Source of the DNA: Spirochaetia bacterium | GTDB taxonomy: Bacteria; Spirochaetota; Spirochaetia; SZUA-6; Bin103 | Reading direction: 5' to 3' | NCBI GenBank assembly: GCA_965203905.1 | Contig: CBDBDQ010000005.1 | Span: 288,001 to 352,000, forward strand | Length of the DNA: 64,000 bases | Part shown: positions 9,799-19,047 of the stretch, one piece after another | How the letters are laid out: every line of letters begins with the position of its first letter | Position numbering within the stretch: position 1 is the stretch's first letter | Program-made: the position numbers and the translations under genes | The notes under the pieces: model-generated | The model's database searches: none | Told to the model about the DNA's origin: nothing | The model's input: the letters and a program-made list of their open reading frames with translations, nothing else

Positions 9799-9838
9799 GC
9801 TGAGCCCTCCACAAGGCAGTCGTTCTCGATGTTCATGG

Positions 9839-9868
9839 ATGTTACCGCGATCCGACGTGCGCTGTCAA
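9839..9868 (-). promoter_or_regulatory. sigma70-type promoter for the OLD/UvrD operon
   Basis: Minus strand TTGACA-18 nt-TAACAT about 40 nt upstream of the GTG start. Confidence 0.6.
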
Positions 9869-10009
9869 CTGACGCTCGAAAGTTGAAGTGGTCTCTCGAA
9901 TGCGGCAGCGCTCGGTCTTCCAGTGCAGGTGGCGGACCTCGGGGAAGATCGGTGGCAGACGAAGGAAGCCGCGCCTCGTTCATAGTCGGCGCTATGCAGT
10001 GATCGCTCC

Positions 10010-10104
10010 GTACGTCCGGCAACGCCTGTTCGATTGCCGTGACGTCGCGTTCGTCGAGTTGGTAGAGAGAGTAGACGATCTCGTTGAGGCGCCGTTCAAC
10101 GGCC
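10010..10104 (-). pseudogene. C-terminal relic of a type IIG/Eco57I-like restriction-modification gene
   Basis: VERRLNEIVYSLYQLDERDVTAIE resembles the EIDxLVYxLYxLxxEEIxxIE tail of type IIG/N6-MTase proteins. Confidence 0.55.
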
Positions 10105-10272
10105 GACCAACCGCTCGACGCAGGTCTGTAAGACGCTGCACGTGGGCTTCGGTGCGCATTTATGATGTCGCAGAACATCGCCACCATGGACGAGCCGCCC
10201 TACGTCATCGATGCCACGTACGCGTGGTTTTGATAGAAGAAACACACAGCTCAGAAAGTTTGAGACATGGCC
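10105..10272 (+). repeat. Degenerate chimeric copy of 939-1059 (PhyH 3' part) joined to 1747-1796 (internal part of gene 1384-1848)
   Basis: Perfect 42-bp match 10162-10203 = 997-1038 with imperfect flanks; then cagctcagaaagtttgagacatggcc versus cagctcagacagtttgagacatggcc. Confidence 0.9.
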
Positions 10273-10477
10273 AACCATCGCGAACAGCAGCACCCCGACT
10301 CATTCATTACCTGGAATGGGATAAATCGTCACTGGTTGAAGCGGGCTCCCACCCAGAATTTGGCCCGACTTGTGGTCTTCCATCAAGCGCAGGAATTGCA
10401 GTAGATCTCCGAGGCCGTTGATCAAGCTGGGGATGCTCTGCCGCGTGCTCCACGATATCGGTGCCATTCGCGCAACT

Positions 10478-10497
10478 CCAACCAACCAACCAACCAA
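10478..10497 (+). repeat. (CCAA)5 simple sequence repeat upstream of mcrB
   Basis: Five exact CCAA units, 9 nt before a TTGACT hexamer (10507-10512). Confidence 0.85.
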
Positions 10498-10558
10498 GGG
10501 GCGCTATTGACTTTCCTTGTGCCCCCGACTCCAATGTCAGCCACTGACGGAGGGTGAA

Positions 10559-12682
10559 ATGTCGAACATCGAGGCCACTCGAAAGGCTCCAGCCATGTTA
10601 CCGCCGGGCGCTGTCGACCGCTGGCGCGAGCGCTGGCAGGAAGCGCAGCACGATGCCACATGGGTTGAGCGACACAGACTCCTAGATGCCAAGCGTACGG
10701 AGACGCTTCGGGAAATCAACGATCTTGTGCAGCAGTTCCTCCACCGCGACTTGGCGGTTTCCGAGTTCAGGGAGACTTTCGACCGAAAGACCAGAAACGA
10801 ATGGGATCTGTTCGGCCTGAAGGGCCTGTCAGGAGGGATGTTTCTGAACAAGCTGGTCAAACACCTGCCCGACCAGGAAGAACTCACGCGCGAGTTGCAG
10901 GCGGCGCTAGCGGTCCCCGTCGACGATGACACGGCTCACCTAAAGATCGATGATCTCGCAAGATTCCTGGACCGGAAAATCCACGAAGGTTCGGCGTCTA
11001 GTGCCGACCTGCAACCGAACCGTGCGCCATTCCTCCTCAGTGCGGTCTGGCACTTGCAGCAACCGGACCGCTGGCCGATCATCTACCGCTCTGCCCGGAA
11101 GGCACTCAGGGTTGACGGCGTGCTCGGTACTGACGTAGCCGGTGGCGACGGGTACCTGGAATTCTCGCGCGTGTTCACCGCGCTGGCTAATGGCCTCGGC
11201 ATCGCGTTCTGGGACCTTGAGCACCTCTGCGCTCGCGTTGAGACCGCCGAGGCTGACGCAGACGACGAAGGGCAGGTAACCGGCGACGACGAGGAAGTCT
11301 CCCAGGGAGAACGAGTGTGGCTGTTCGCCCCGGGGCGCGCCGCATCAGAATTCGACCGGTTCTACCAGGAGGGCATCATTGCGATTGGTTGGGAATCGCT
11401 TGGAGACCTTTCCAACTATTCGGATCGAGAAGCGATCCGACGTGCACTCCGCGAGATAGAGGGCGGCAATTCAAGCCGAACGCACGACTCACTTGCCTGT
11501 TACCAGTTTGCCCATGAGATGCAGGTTGGCGACCTCGTGTTTGCGAGGCGCGGTCAGCGACAAATCGTCGGCTTCGGACTCGTCACATCGGCGTATCAGC
11601 ACAGGCCGGACCGTCGCGTCTTCACGCACGTGCGATCCATCGAGTGGAAGAAGCGGGGAGAGTGGGAGCCGCGGGCGCGTCCGCTCGTGACGAAGACCCT
11701 TACCGAGATCGGGAAGTATCCGCGCCTCGTCGCGGACATCCGCCGCGCATTGGGGCTACTGGACGACGGCAGTGACGACAACGGCGACAAACCCGAGATT
11801 CGACCGCCCTACCTTCTCGAACATGCTCTCAACGAGGTGTTCATGTCCCGCGCGCAGATCGAAGAAGCGCTGGCGCTGCTACGGTACAAGAGAAACCTCG
11901 TTCTGCAGGGTCCACCGGGCGTCGGGAAGACGTTCGTTGCCAAGCGTCTGGCATACTTGCTGGTAGGGGAGAAGGATCCGCAGCGCATCTCCCAAGTGCA
12001 GTTCCACCAGTCGTATGCCTATGAGGACTTCGTGCAAGGTTACCGACCGGTCGAGGATGGAAAATTTGCTCTCGCCGACGGCCCATTCCTGCGCTTCTGC
12101 GACCAAGCTCTGCAAGACCCGGAGTCGCCCTACGTGATGCTGATCGACGAAGTCAACCGCGGCAATCTCAGCAAGATCTTTGGAGAACTGCTGCTGCTCA
12201 TCGAGGCCGACAAGCGCAACGCAACGTGGGCAACGACGCTTGCGTATGCGAAGGAGGATGAAGCGCCCTTCTACGTCCCGAACAACCTCTACATCATTGG
12301 CACCATGAACACTGCCGACCGGTCCCTGGCACTGGTCGACTACGCATTGCGGCGTCGCTTCGCATTCTTCGACGTGGAGCCCGCATTCGAACACGCCGGC
12401 TTCGTTCACAAGCTGGCAAGTCTCGGCGTGGAGCCCACGTTGCGCAACCGCATAGTCGAACGATTCAAGCTGCTGAACGAGCGAGTCGCGGATGACCAGA
12501 ACCTGGGCGGCGGCTTCCGCGTTGGTCACAGCTACTTCTGTCACTCCGACGGGAAAACAGCGGACGAAGCGTGGTACCAACGCATCGTTCGGACCGAGAT
12601 CAAGCCGCTGCTGGAGGAATACTGGTTCGACAACGCCAGCCGCGCGGACGACGAGGTAGCGAGCCTGTCGGGCGACGATTGA
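10559..12682 (+). CDS. mcrB: McrB-like AAA+ GTPase of a type IV restriction system with two N-terminal domains
   Basis: GPPGVGKT, QFHQSYAYEDF, IDEVNRGN and GTMNTADRS (McrB NxxD signature); EVE/PUA-like IAIGW...GDLVF domain. Confidence 0.9.
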   Translation: MSNIEATRKAPAMLPPGAVDRWRERWQEAQHDATWVERHRLLDAKRTETLREINDLVQQFLHRDLAVSEFRETFDRKTRNEWDLFGLKGLSGGMFLNKLVKHLPDQEELTRELQAALAVPVDDDTAHLKIDDLARFLDRKIHEGSASSADLQPNRAPFLLSAVWHLQQPDRWPIIYRSARKALRVDGVLGTDVAGGDGYLEFSRVFTALANGLGIAFWDLEHLCARVETAEADADDEGQVTGDDEEVSQGERVWLFAPGRAASEFDRFYQEGIIAIGWESLGDLSNYSDREAIRRALREIEGGNSSRTHDSLACYQFAHEMQVGDLVFARRGQRQIVGFGLVTSAYQHRPDRRVFTHVRSIEWKKRGEWEPRARPLVTKTLTEIGKYPRLVADIRRALGLLDDGSDDNGDKPEIRPPYLLEHALNEVFMSRAQIEEALALLRYKRNLVLQGPPGVGKTFVAKRLAYLLVGEKDPQRISQVQFHQSYAYEDFVQGYRPVEDGKFALADGPFLRFCDQALQDPESPYVMLIDEVNRGNLSKIFGELLLLIEADKRNATWATTLAYAKEDEAPFYVPNNLYIIGTMNTADRSLALVDYALRRRFAFFDVEPAFEHAGFVHKLASLGVEPTLRNRIVERFKLLNERVADDQNLGGGFRVGHSYFCHSDGKTADEAWYQRIVRTEIKPLLEEYWFDNASRADDEVASLSGDD

Positions 12683-12684
12683 CC

Positions 12685-13781
12685 GTGGCAGTTCCCGTCA
12701 GGAACATCTACTACCTGCTGTGCTACGCATGGAATCGGCTTGAGGCGCGTGAACTGGTTGACGTGGGGGCCGTGTCCGGAAACCGCATCGAGAACCTGCT
12801 TGGCTCCGTCCTGTCTCACGCGGTCGCGGATCTGATCCGTCGCGGTCTTGACCGAGGTTACGTTCCGTTCGAGGAGGAAGGACGTCGGTTGCGCGGCAAA
12901 ATGCTCCTGTCCGAAGTAGTGAAGCGGACGCTTCTGCCACGTGGCCGCGTCGTCTGTACCGTAGACGAGCTCAGCCATGACGTGCCGCACAACCGGCTGA
13001 TCAAAGCAGCCATGGCCGTGTTGGTTGCCTTGCCGGGGTTGGATCAGGAGCTGCGAGTCACGCTTCGCAGTCTTGGCCATCGCATGGGCACGGTCGCCGA
13101 CATAGACCTGTCGCCAGCGGCCTTCCGTCACGTGCAACTGCATCGCAACGTTGCGCGCTACGCGTTCGTGGTCAACCTGTGCAGCCTGATCGCGCGCAGC
13201 CTGCTACCCGACGAAAAGAACGGCGGCAAGCGGTTCCAGCCGTTCACGGCCAGCGAGCAGGAAATGGGCCTGCTGTTCCAGGCATTCGTCCGTAACTTCC
13301 TCAAGCGCGAGCAGGACCTGTTCCAGGTCTCAGGGCGCTCCGTGCCGTGGGACGTCGACCCGGCGGACGAAGCGGACTCGGCCTGGCTGCCGCAGATGCT
13401 GGTGGACGTGATGCTGACCAGCTCCCACCGGCGCGTGGTTGTCGAAACGAAGTATTACGCGACCCCGTACCGGAAGCACTACGGCACGAGGAAGCTCATA
13501 TCCGGTCACCTCTACCAGCTTCTCACGTATCTGTCGCAGCTGCGCGCCACTCCGGGTCCGGCGCGCCCGTCGGCGTGCTGCTGTATGCGGGCGCCGGAGA
13601 GCTGCCACGGCTCGACTATCGGTTGGGCGGTCACAGGCTGCTCGTTCGCAGCGTCGACCTGAGTCGTGACTGGCCTGACATCCACCGGGGACTGATCGGG
13701 CTCGCGCATGAACTTGGGCAGCGGGAGGTGATGACTCCGGGATACCGGACCGCGCCTGTTGGGACTGATGCGAAGGTCTGA
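12685..13781 (+). pseudogene. mcrC: McrC-like PD-(D/E)xK nuclease, frameshifted near 13560
   Basis: IYYLLCYAW, RRGLDRGY, VDVML...VETKYY, HLYQLLTY; the conserved GVLLYA...VDLSRDW tail is in another frame after GCGCGC at 13561. Confidence 0.85.
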
Positions 13782-13803
13782 TATTACGTCTACGTTGGTC
13801 GGC

Positions 13804-14952
13804 ATGAAGGCAACTGAGCAGCGCCTTTTCACTCCCGGCGACGGCGCCACGCCGCCGGCCCTCACCGGACGCGAGCGGGAGGAAGCCGTGTTGACGCGGT
13901 GCCTGGCGGACCTGCTCGACGGCAGCTCTCCCCCGCACAACGTCGTGCTGACGGGGCCGCGCGGCATGGGCAAGACCGTGCTGCTCAACTGGTTCAAGCG
14001 CGCCTGCCGCGAGCGGGAACGGGAAGTGGACGTGGTGAGCCTGACCCCGGACGACATCAGGACCTGGGACGCGTTGATCGAGGTTCTGTCGCCGCCCGGG
14101 ATGTCGAGGCTGCTGCCCCGGAAGCTTGGCGTGGCGGCGGTCGGCTCGGTCGAATGGGCGCCGCCGTCGCGAGTTGTGAGGAACCTGCAGGCGGAGTTGA
14201 CCGTTCGGTGTCGGAAGAAGCCGCTGGCGGTGCTGCTCGACGAAGCGCATACGCTCGACCTGGAGGTGGGCAGAACGCTGCTCAACGCCAGTCAGCAGGT
14301 GCGCGACGAGGCGCCGTTTCTGCTGGTGCTGGCAGGCACGCCGGGACTGGCCGCGCATCTTGGCGCCATGAACGCGTCCTTCTGGAGTCGCTTGGGAGAG
14401 GGGCGTCTGGGCATCGGCTTGCTGAGCGACGCGGCCGCCCGTGCCGCCCTGGTCGAGCCGCTCGTGGCCCATGACAAGGAGATCGACGCCGACGCGCTCG
14501 CCACGGTCATCGACGACAGCCAGCGCTATCCGTACTTCATCCAACTCTGGGGCGATGCGCTCTGGAAGCGGCATCTGGTCACCGACGCGACCCGGCTGAC
14601 CGCCGCCCACGCGGCGGCTGCACGGAATGACGTGGACGCCAGGGTCACCGACTACTACGACGACCGGTACCTGGAGCTGGATCAATCTGGCTGGCTGGGT
14701 GTTGCCGAGCGTGTGGCCGATCGCTTTCGATCCATGTCGACGATTACCTACGAGGAGTTGAAGGTAGCGGTCGCCGCCGGCCTGGCTGCCAACGCCGGCA
14801 CGGGGCAGGTGCATGAGGCCCTGAATGCCCTGCAGCGCCTGGGCTTCGTCTGGCGCCCACCCGGACAGCTTCCCCCGGTTCGCTACGAGCCTGGAATCCC
14901 CTCGCTGATGGGCTACGTACTCGACCGCGCCGTGGAGACAAAGTTCTCATAA
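13804..14952 (+). CDS. AAA+/STAND-like ATP-binding protein
   Basis: FTPGDGATPPALTGRERE, GPRGMGKT, LLDEAH, YPYFIQ. Confidence 0.85.
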   Translation: MKATEQRLFTPGDGATPPALTGREREEAVLTRCLADLLDGSSPPHNVVLTGPRGMGKTVLLNWFKRACREREREVDVVSLTPDDIRTWDALIEVLSPPGMSRLLPRKLGVAAVGSVEWAPPSRVVRNLQAELTVRCRKKPLAVLLDEAHTLDLEVGRTLLNASQQVRDEAPFLLVLAGTPGLAAHLGAMNASFWSRLGEGRLGIGLLSDAAARAALVEPLVAHDKEIDADALATVIDDSQRYPYFIQLWGDALWKRHLVTDATRLTAAHAAAARNDVDARVTDYYDDRYLELDQSGWLGVAERVADRFRSMSTITYEELKVAVAAGLAANAGTGQVHEALNALQRLGFVWRPPGQLPPVRYEPGIPSLMGYVLDRAVETKFS

Positions 14953-15041
14953 TTCTCTTGGCCGACGCGGACGTGCCCATCGACTACCGCGATTCCGAAC
15001 TGGACGCGCTGACGCTGATCGGGGGGGGCACGTTAGTCGTG
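14952..15041 (+). pseudogene. N-terminal relic of a PIN-domain protein of the type that follows XRE-ImmA genes
   Basis: Reads ILLADADVPIDYRDSELDALTLIG, like PIN strand 1/helix 1 (hhhDxxhhID); no start codon; degrades at a G8 run. Confidence 0.45.
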
Positions 15042-15055
15042 AGTGCGGGATGCTG

Positions 15056-15355
15056 CTATGAGGGCCGTCCGGTCCGCCACTCCCATGGCCGGAACTGGGT
15101 TTCCGCGAACACGTCCGCCTTGCCGTAGGGACTGTCAGCGAGGAACGCTCGCGCCGCCTCCAGGGAAGGCGCTGCGACGGTCAGGAGCAGGCCGACGATG
15201 GACTCCGAGTCATCAGACAGTGTCGGGCCGCCGTTGTGAACGACGACGCCGGGATGGTCGGGATGATTACGCAGATAGTCGATAAAGGCGTCCTGAAGCT
15301 CGCTGCCTGCCTGCACCCGTCCCGGCTTGTGAGTGACATAAACGACGATGTACAT
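15056..15355 (-). CDS. YciI family protein
   Basis: GGPTLSDD...GLLL...AARAFLADSPY...RPW pattern; 99 aa. Confidence 0.8.
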   Translation of the reverse strand: MYIVVYVTHKPGRVQAGSELQDAFIDYLRNHPDHPGVVVHNGGPTLSDDSESIVGLLLTVAAPSLEAARAFLADSPYGKADVFAETQFRPWEWRTGRPS

Positions 15356-15409
15356 CGGAAACGACGCTACGCCGGAGCATCGTCTGCTGTCAATATCTGG
15401 ACAGGCAAT

Positions 15410-17194
15410 TCAGGGTCGCATCGACGCCGCTCGGGTGACGCTGCGGACGGTCCCGGGCCGCTCCACACGGACGGTCACGATGTCCGTATCGTGGTACTGC
15501 TGATGGTGGACCGAGGAGGACAGGTGACGTAGCAGCCGCAGCGAGACCTCCCGTTCGACCAGGGCTCCGGCGGCGGCCTCGCCCAGTAGCGCAATTCGGT
15601 CCTGGAGGTTCTCCTTGCCGGTCGCGGCCGCGAACTCCAGCACCGCTCCACCATCTTCGCCGCGTGCGGTGAGGAGCAGACGCCGCTTCCCGGTGTCCGC
15701 ACCAGGCTCGCGCTGTTGCTGGAGCGTCAGCAGCGCCTCTTCGCACACGGCATCGAGTCGCTCCGCCATCGCTGCATCCCAGCCTCTTCGCGACGCGAAT
15801 GCAGCGGTGAATTGCCGCAGCTCGTGCAGGGCCGAGGGATCGAGATCCACCTCTATCCGGCGACGCCGAGGCTTGGTCAGTTCCACGAACATGGTCATGA
15901 CGACCGCTACGATGCCGCCGGTCAGCATCCCGTTGCGCAACAGGGAGCCGGCAAATTCCGAGACCTGCCCGGCAAATACCGCGTCGCTGTGAAAGCCCAC
16001 GCCGACCCAGAACGAGACCCCGGCGATCATGCCTTTGCGATAGTCGATTCCATCCTGAATGATCACCCTCATGCCGACGATGAAGATTGTCGCCATGGTG
16101 ACGGTAACGAACGCCGCGATGACCGGCCCCGGTATCGCAAGGATCACGGCAAGCGCCCTGGGCACGAACGCCAGCGCGATCAGCGCCGCGCCGAGCGCGA
16201 GGCCGACCCGGCGCGAGCTGATCCCGGTGATCTCGACCATCGACGCACCATGCGGGCGGAAGCCGAGTGGCATCGCGCCCGCAAGGCCGGACAGCAGATT
16301 GCCCACTCCGTCGGCAGCCACGGCGCCCTGTACCGCCCGGAAGTCCACCGCCCGGCTCCCGGCCCACGATACGCGCTGGATCGCGACGGCGCCGCTGATG
16401 GTCTGAATCGTGCACACCAGGGCGATGAACACGAAGGCGGGCAGCAGGGTCCAGAACTCGGGCCCGAACTGCAGGTCCGGGGCCGACCATTCGGGCCTCG
16501 GAATACCGAACCACGAAGCGCGGACAATCCGCTCTACGTCATAGAGACCGAACACGCCCGCGACCATCGAGCCCGCGATCATTCCTATTACCGGCGCCCA
16601 CAGTCGCACCCGTCCCCTTGCCGTCAGGGTGATGCCGGCAATGACGGCCAGGGTCGTTACCGCGCTGAGCGGCGCGGCCAGCGCCGGCGTGCCGCCCGGC
16701 ACATTCTTCAGTTGGTCGAACATCACCGGCATGACCGTGACCGGCGTGAGCATGAGTACCGTCCCCGTGACGGTCGGTGTGAGGATGCGTCGGAACAGCG
16801 AGAGGCGCGTCGAGAACACGAACTGGACCAGGGAGACGATAACCACCATGGTTGCGAGCAACGCCGGGCCGCCGGCGGCGAGAGCGGCTATGCTGACCGC
16901 GATGGCGGCCCCGGATGTCCCGATCGCGAGGATGTAGCCGGCGCCGAAGCGGCCGATGCGCCGTGCCTGGAGCATCGTGGTCACCCCGCAGAACGCGACG
17001 GAGGCGAACACGGCCCACAGCAGCACGTTCTCGGACTGACCGGCCCCCCTGAACACCACCGTGGGAATCATCACGGCTCCGGGCAGTACCAGGCAGGCAA
17101 TCTGCAGGGCGAGGCCCACGCTGAGGGAAACCGGGATTCTGGCGTCGGGATGGCGGCGACCCGCGGAGCGCTGGTCGGATTCGTCGAGTCCCAC
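15410..17194 (-). CDS. NCS2 (xanthine/uracil permease) family transporter with C-terminal RsbW/HATPase-like domain
   Basis: Multiple TM helices, TMLQARRIGRFGAG, TPTVTGTVLM, GAVAADGVGN, EITGISSRRVG; about 150-aa soluble tail. Confidence 0.8.
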   Translation of the reverse strand: MGLDESDQRSAGRRHPDARIPVSLSVGLALQIACLVLPGAVMIPTVVFRGAGQSENVLLWAVFASVAFCGVTTMLQARRIGRFGAGYILAIGTSGAAIAVSIAALAAGGPALLATMVVIVSLVQFVFSTRLSLFRRILTPTVTGTVLMLTPVTVMPVMFDQLKNVPGGTPALAAPLSAVTTLAVIAGITLTARGRVRLWAPVIGMIAGSMVAGVFGLYDVERIVRASWFGIPRPEWSAPDLQFGPEFWTLLPAFVFIALVCTIQTISGAVAIQRVSWAGSRAVDFRAVQGAVAADGVGNLLSGLAGAMPLGFRPHGASMVEITGISSRRVGLALGAALIALAFVPRALAVILAIPGPVIAAFVTVTMATIFIVGMRVIIQDGIDYRKGMIAGVSFWVGVGFHSDAVFAGQVSEFAGSLLRNGMLTGGIVAVVMTMFVELTKPRRRRIEVDLDPSALHELRQFTAAFASRRGWDAAMAERLDAVCEEALLTLQQQREPGADTGKRRLLLTARGEDGGAVLEFAAATGKENLQDRIALLGEAAAGALVEREVSLRLLRHLSSSVHHQQYHDTDIVTVRVERPGTVRSVTRAASMRP

Positions 17195-17197
17195 GTC

Positions 17198-18514
17198 CTA
17201 CTCCAGGCCCGGCAGCCAGAGACAGATGCCGGGCAGCCACACGATGATCGCGAGGACCACGACCGCGCTCAGCACGAACGGCACGACGCCCTTGAATGAC
17301 TCGCCGAGCGGGGTCTTCCCGTCCAGGGCGTTGATCACGTAGACGTTGAGGCCGATCGGCGGGGTGATCAGGCCGATCTCGACCGCGATCACGGCCAGAA
17401 TGCCGAACCAGATGGCGATCTCCTCCTCGGTATAGCCGAAGCCGAGCCCGGTCACCAACGGAAACAGGGTCGGCACGGTCAACAGGATCATGGCCAGGCT
17501 GTCCATGACGCAGCCGAGGACCAGGTAGACGAGCACGATCCCGATCACGATCGAAATCGGCGCGAGGCCCGAGCCCGCCAGTGCGTCTGCCAATGCGGTG
17601 GTGACCTGGGACAGCGCCAGGAAGCTGTTGAATATCTCGGCGCTGATAAGGATGAGGAAGATCATCCCGGTGACCTGCGCGGTTTCGAGCAGGCTCGAGA
17701 CGAAGGCCGACCAACTCAGTCGGCGGGAGGCGAGCGCGACCAGCGCGGTCGCCGCAACCCCGATCGCCGCAGCCTCGGTCGGGGTGAAGACGCCGAAGTA
17801 GATTCCGCCGATGACCAACAGGAAGATGGCCGCCACCGGCCACCCCGCGGCCAGGCTGCGGATGCGTGCGGGGTACGGAAGCGCCGGAGCGGGCGGCCCC
17901 GAGTCGGGCCTGAGCCGGACATGGACCGCGATCGCGACCGCGTAGCCGAGGGTTGCGATGATCCCCGGAAGCAGCGCGGCCAGGAACAGCTTGCCGACCG
18001 ACTGTTCGGTGATGACCGCGTAGATCACCAGGATGATGGACGGTGGTATCAGGATGCCGAGCGTGCCACCGGCTGCCAGAGTGCCGGTGGCCAACGCTCC
18101 CGAGTAGCCGTGGCGTCTCATCTCGGGCAGCGCCACCGAGGCCATCGTCGCTCCGGTGGCGATCGAGGATCCGCATACGGAGCCGAACGCCGCACACCCG
18201 AGAACGGTGGAGACGGCGAGTCCGCCGCGGCGATGACCCACCCAGGCACGAGCAGAGTCGAACAGCGAGCGGCTGAGCCCGGAACGCGTCGCCAACTGGC
18301 CCATCAGAAGGAAGAGCGGCAGCACCGACAGGGTGTAGCTCGATACCCGGCCGAACGGTGCGGTGTTCAGCAGATTGAGGAACGCCGGCCATCCCGCCAG
18401 CGAGGCGAAGCCGAAGCCACCGACGACGAACATCGCCACCGCCACCGGCATCCTGAGTGCGATCAGCACCAGGCAGACCGCGAACAGGAGTCCGGCGAAC
18501 TCGATGCTCGTCAT
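17198..18514 (-). CDS. dctM: TRAP transporter large permease
   Basis: LPLFLLMG, GGTLGILIPPSI, FTPTEAAA, GLITPPIGLNVY. Confidence 0.95.
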   Translation of the reverse strand: MTSIEFAGLLFAVCLVLIALRMPVAVAMFVVGGFGFASLAGWPAFLNLLNTAPFGRVSSYTLSVLPLFLLMGQLATRSGLSRSLFDSARAWVGHRRGGLAVSTVLGCAAFGSVCGSSIATGATMASVALPEMRRHGYSGALATGTLAAGGTLGILIPPSIILVIYAVITEQSVGKLFLAALLPGIIATLGYAVAIAVHVRLRPDSGPPAPALPYPARIRSLAAGWPVAAIFLLVIGGIYFGVFTPTEAAAIGVAATALVALASRRLSWSAFVSSLLETAQVTGMIFLILISAEIFNSFLALSQVTTALADALAGSGLAPISIVIGIVLVYLVLGCVMDSLAMILLTVPTLFPLVTGLGFGYTEEEIAIWFGILAVIAVEIGLITPPIGLNVYVINALDGKTPLGESFKGVVPFVLSAVVVLAIIVWLPGICLWLPGLE

Positions 18515-19047
18515 CGCCGCAGGGCGCGAACGTGACGGCTGACCACCAGGACGCAGATCGCGGTCAGCAGTCCGGCTCCAAGCAGCGCCGGGAAGTAGGC
18601 CCAGTGGAGTGGAATGCCCAGGAACAGGGTGGTCTCGCCGTCCTGGAGCTTGTGCATGCCGCCGACGAACAGGCGCCAGGTGATCAGGCCGGCAACCAGC
18701 GTGAAGGCGAAATTGTGAACCGTGGCCAGCGCCGTCTTGTGCCGAGCACGCAATCTGCCGGTGAAGAACTCCACCACGATGTTGCCGCTCCTGGCGTGGC
18801 AGTGCGCGAAGAAGGCGAACACCGCGATGCCGCAGGCGAGCTCGGTGAGCTCGTAGTCGCCCGGGATCGGGGCGTTGAAGAGATAGCGCCCGAGGACACT
18901 GATCACGGTCATCAGCACGACTCCGATCATCAGCATGCCACCGGCAATCGCAACCATTCGGGCCAGCCGTTCCAAGTGGGCTCCGATGTGATGGTCTGGC
19001 AGATGTGGGTCCGGGCCGCGCGCGGTAGGCCTACCGGCGGAGGTCAT
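18511..19047 (-). CDS. dctQ: TRAP transporter small permease
   Basis: Four TM helices, VLGRYLFNAPIPGDYEL, NIVVEFFT. Confidence 0.9.
   Translation of the reverse strand: MTSAGRPTARGPDPHLPDHHIGAHLERLARMVAIAGGMLMIGVVLMTVISVLGRYLFNAPIPGDYELTELACGIAVFAFFAHCHARSGNIVVEFFTGRLRARHKTALATVHNFAFTLVAGLITWRLFVGGMHKLQDGETTLFLGIPLHWAYFPALLGAGLLTAICVLVVSRHVRALRR

Noticed and set aside
9789-10187. 132-aa ORF upstream of the OLD nuclease as a third Gabija gene
   Set aside because: It is a patchwork of the antisense PhyH repeat, the R-M tail and the promoter region.
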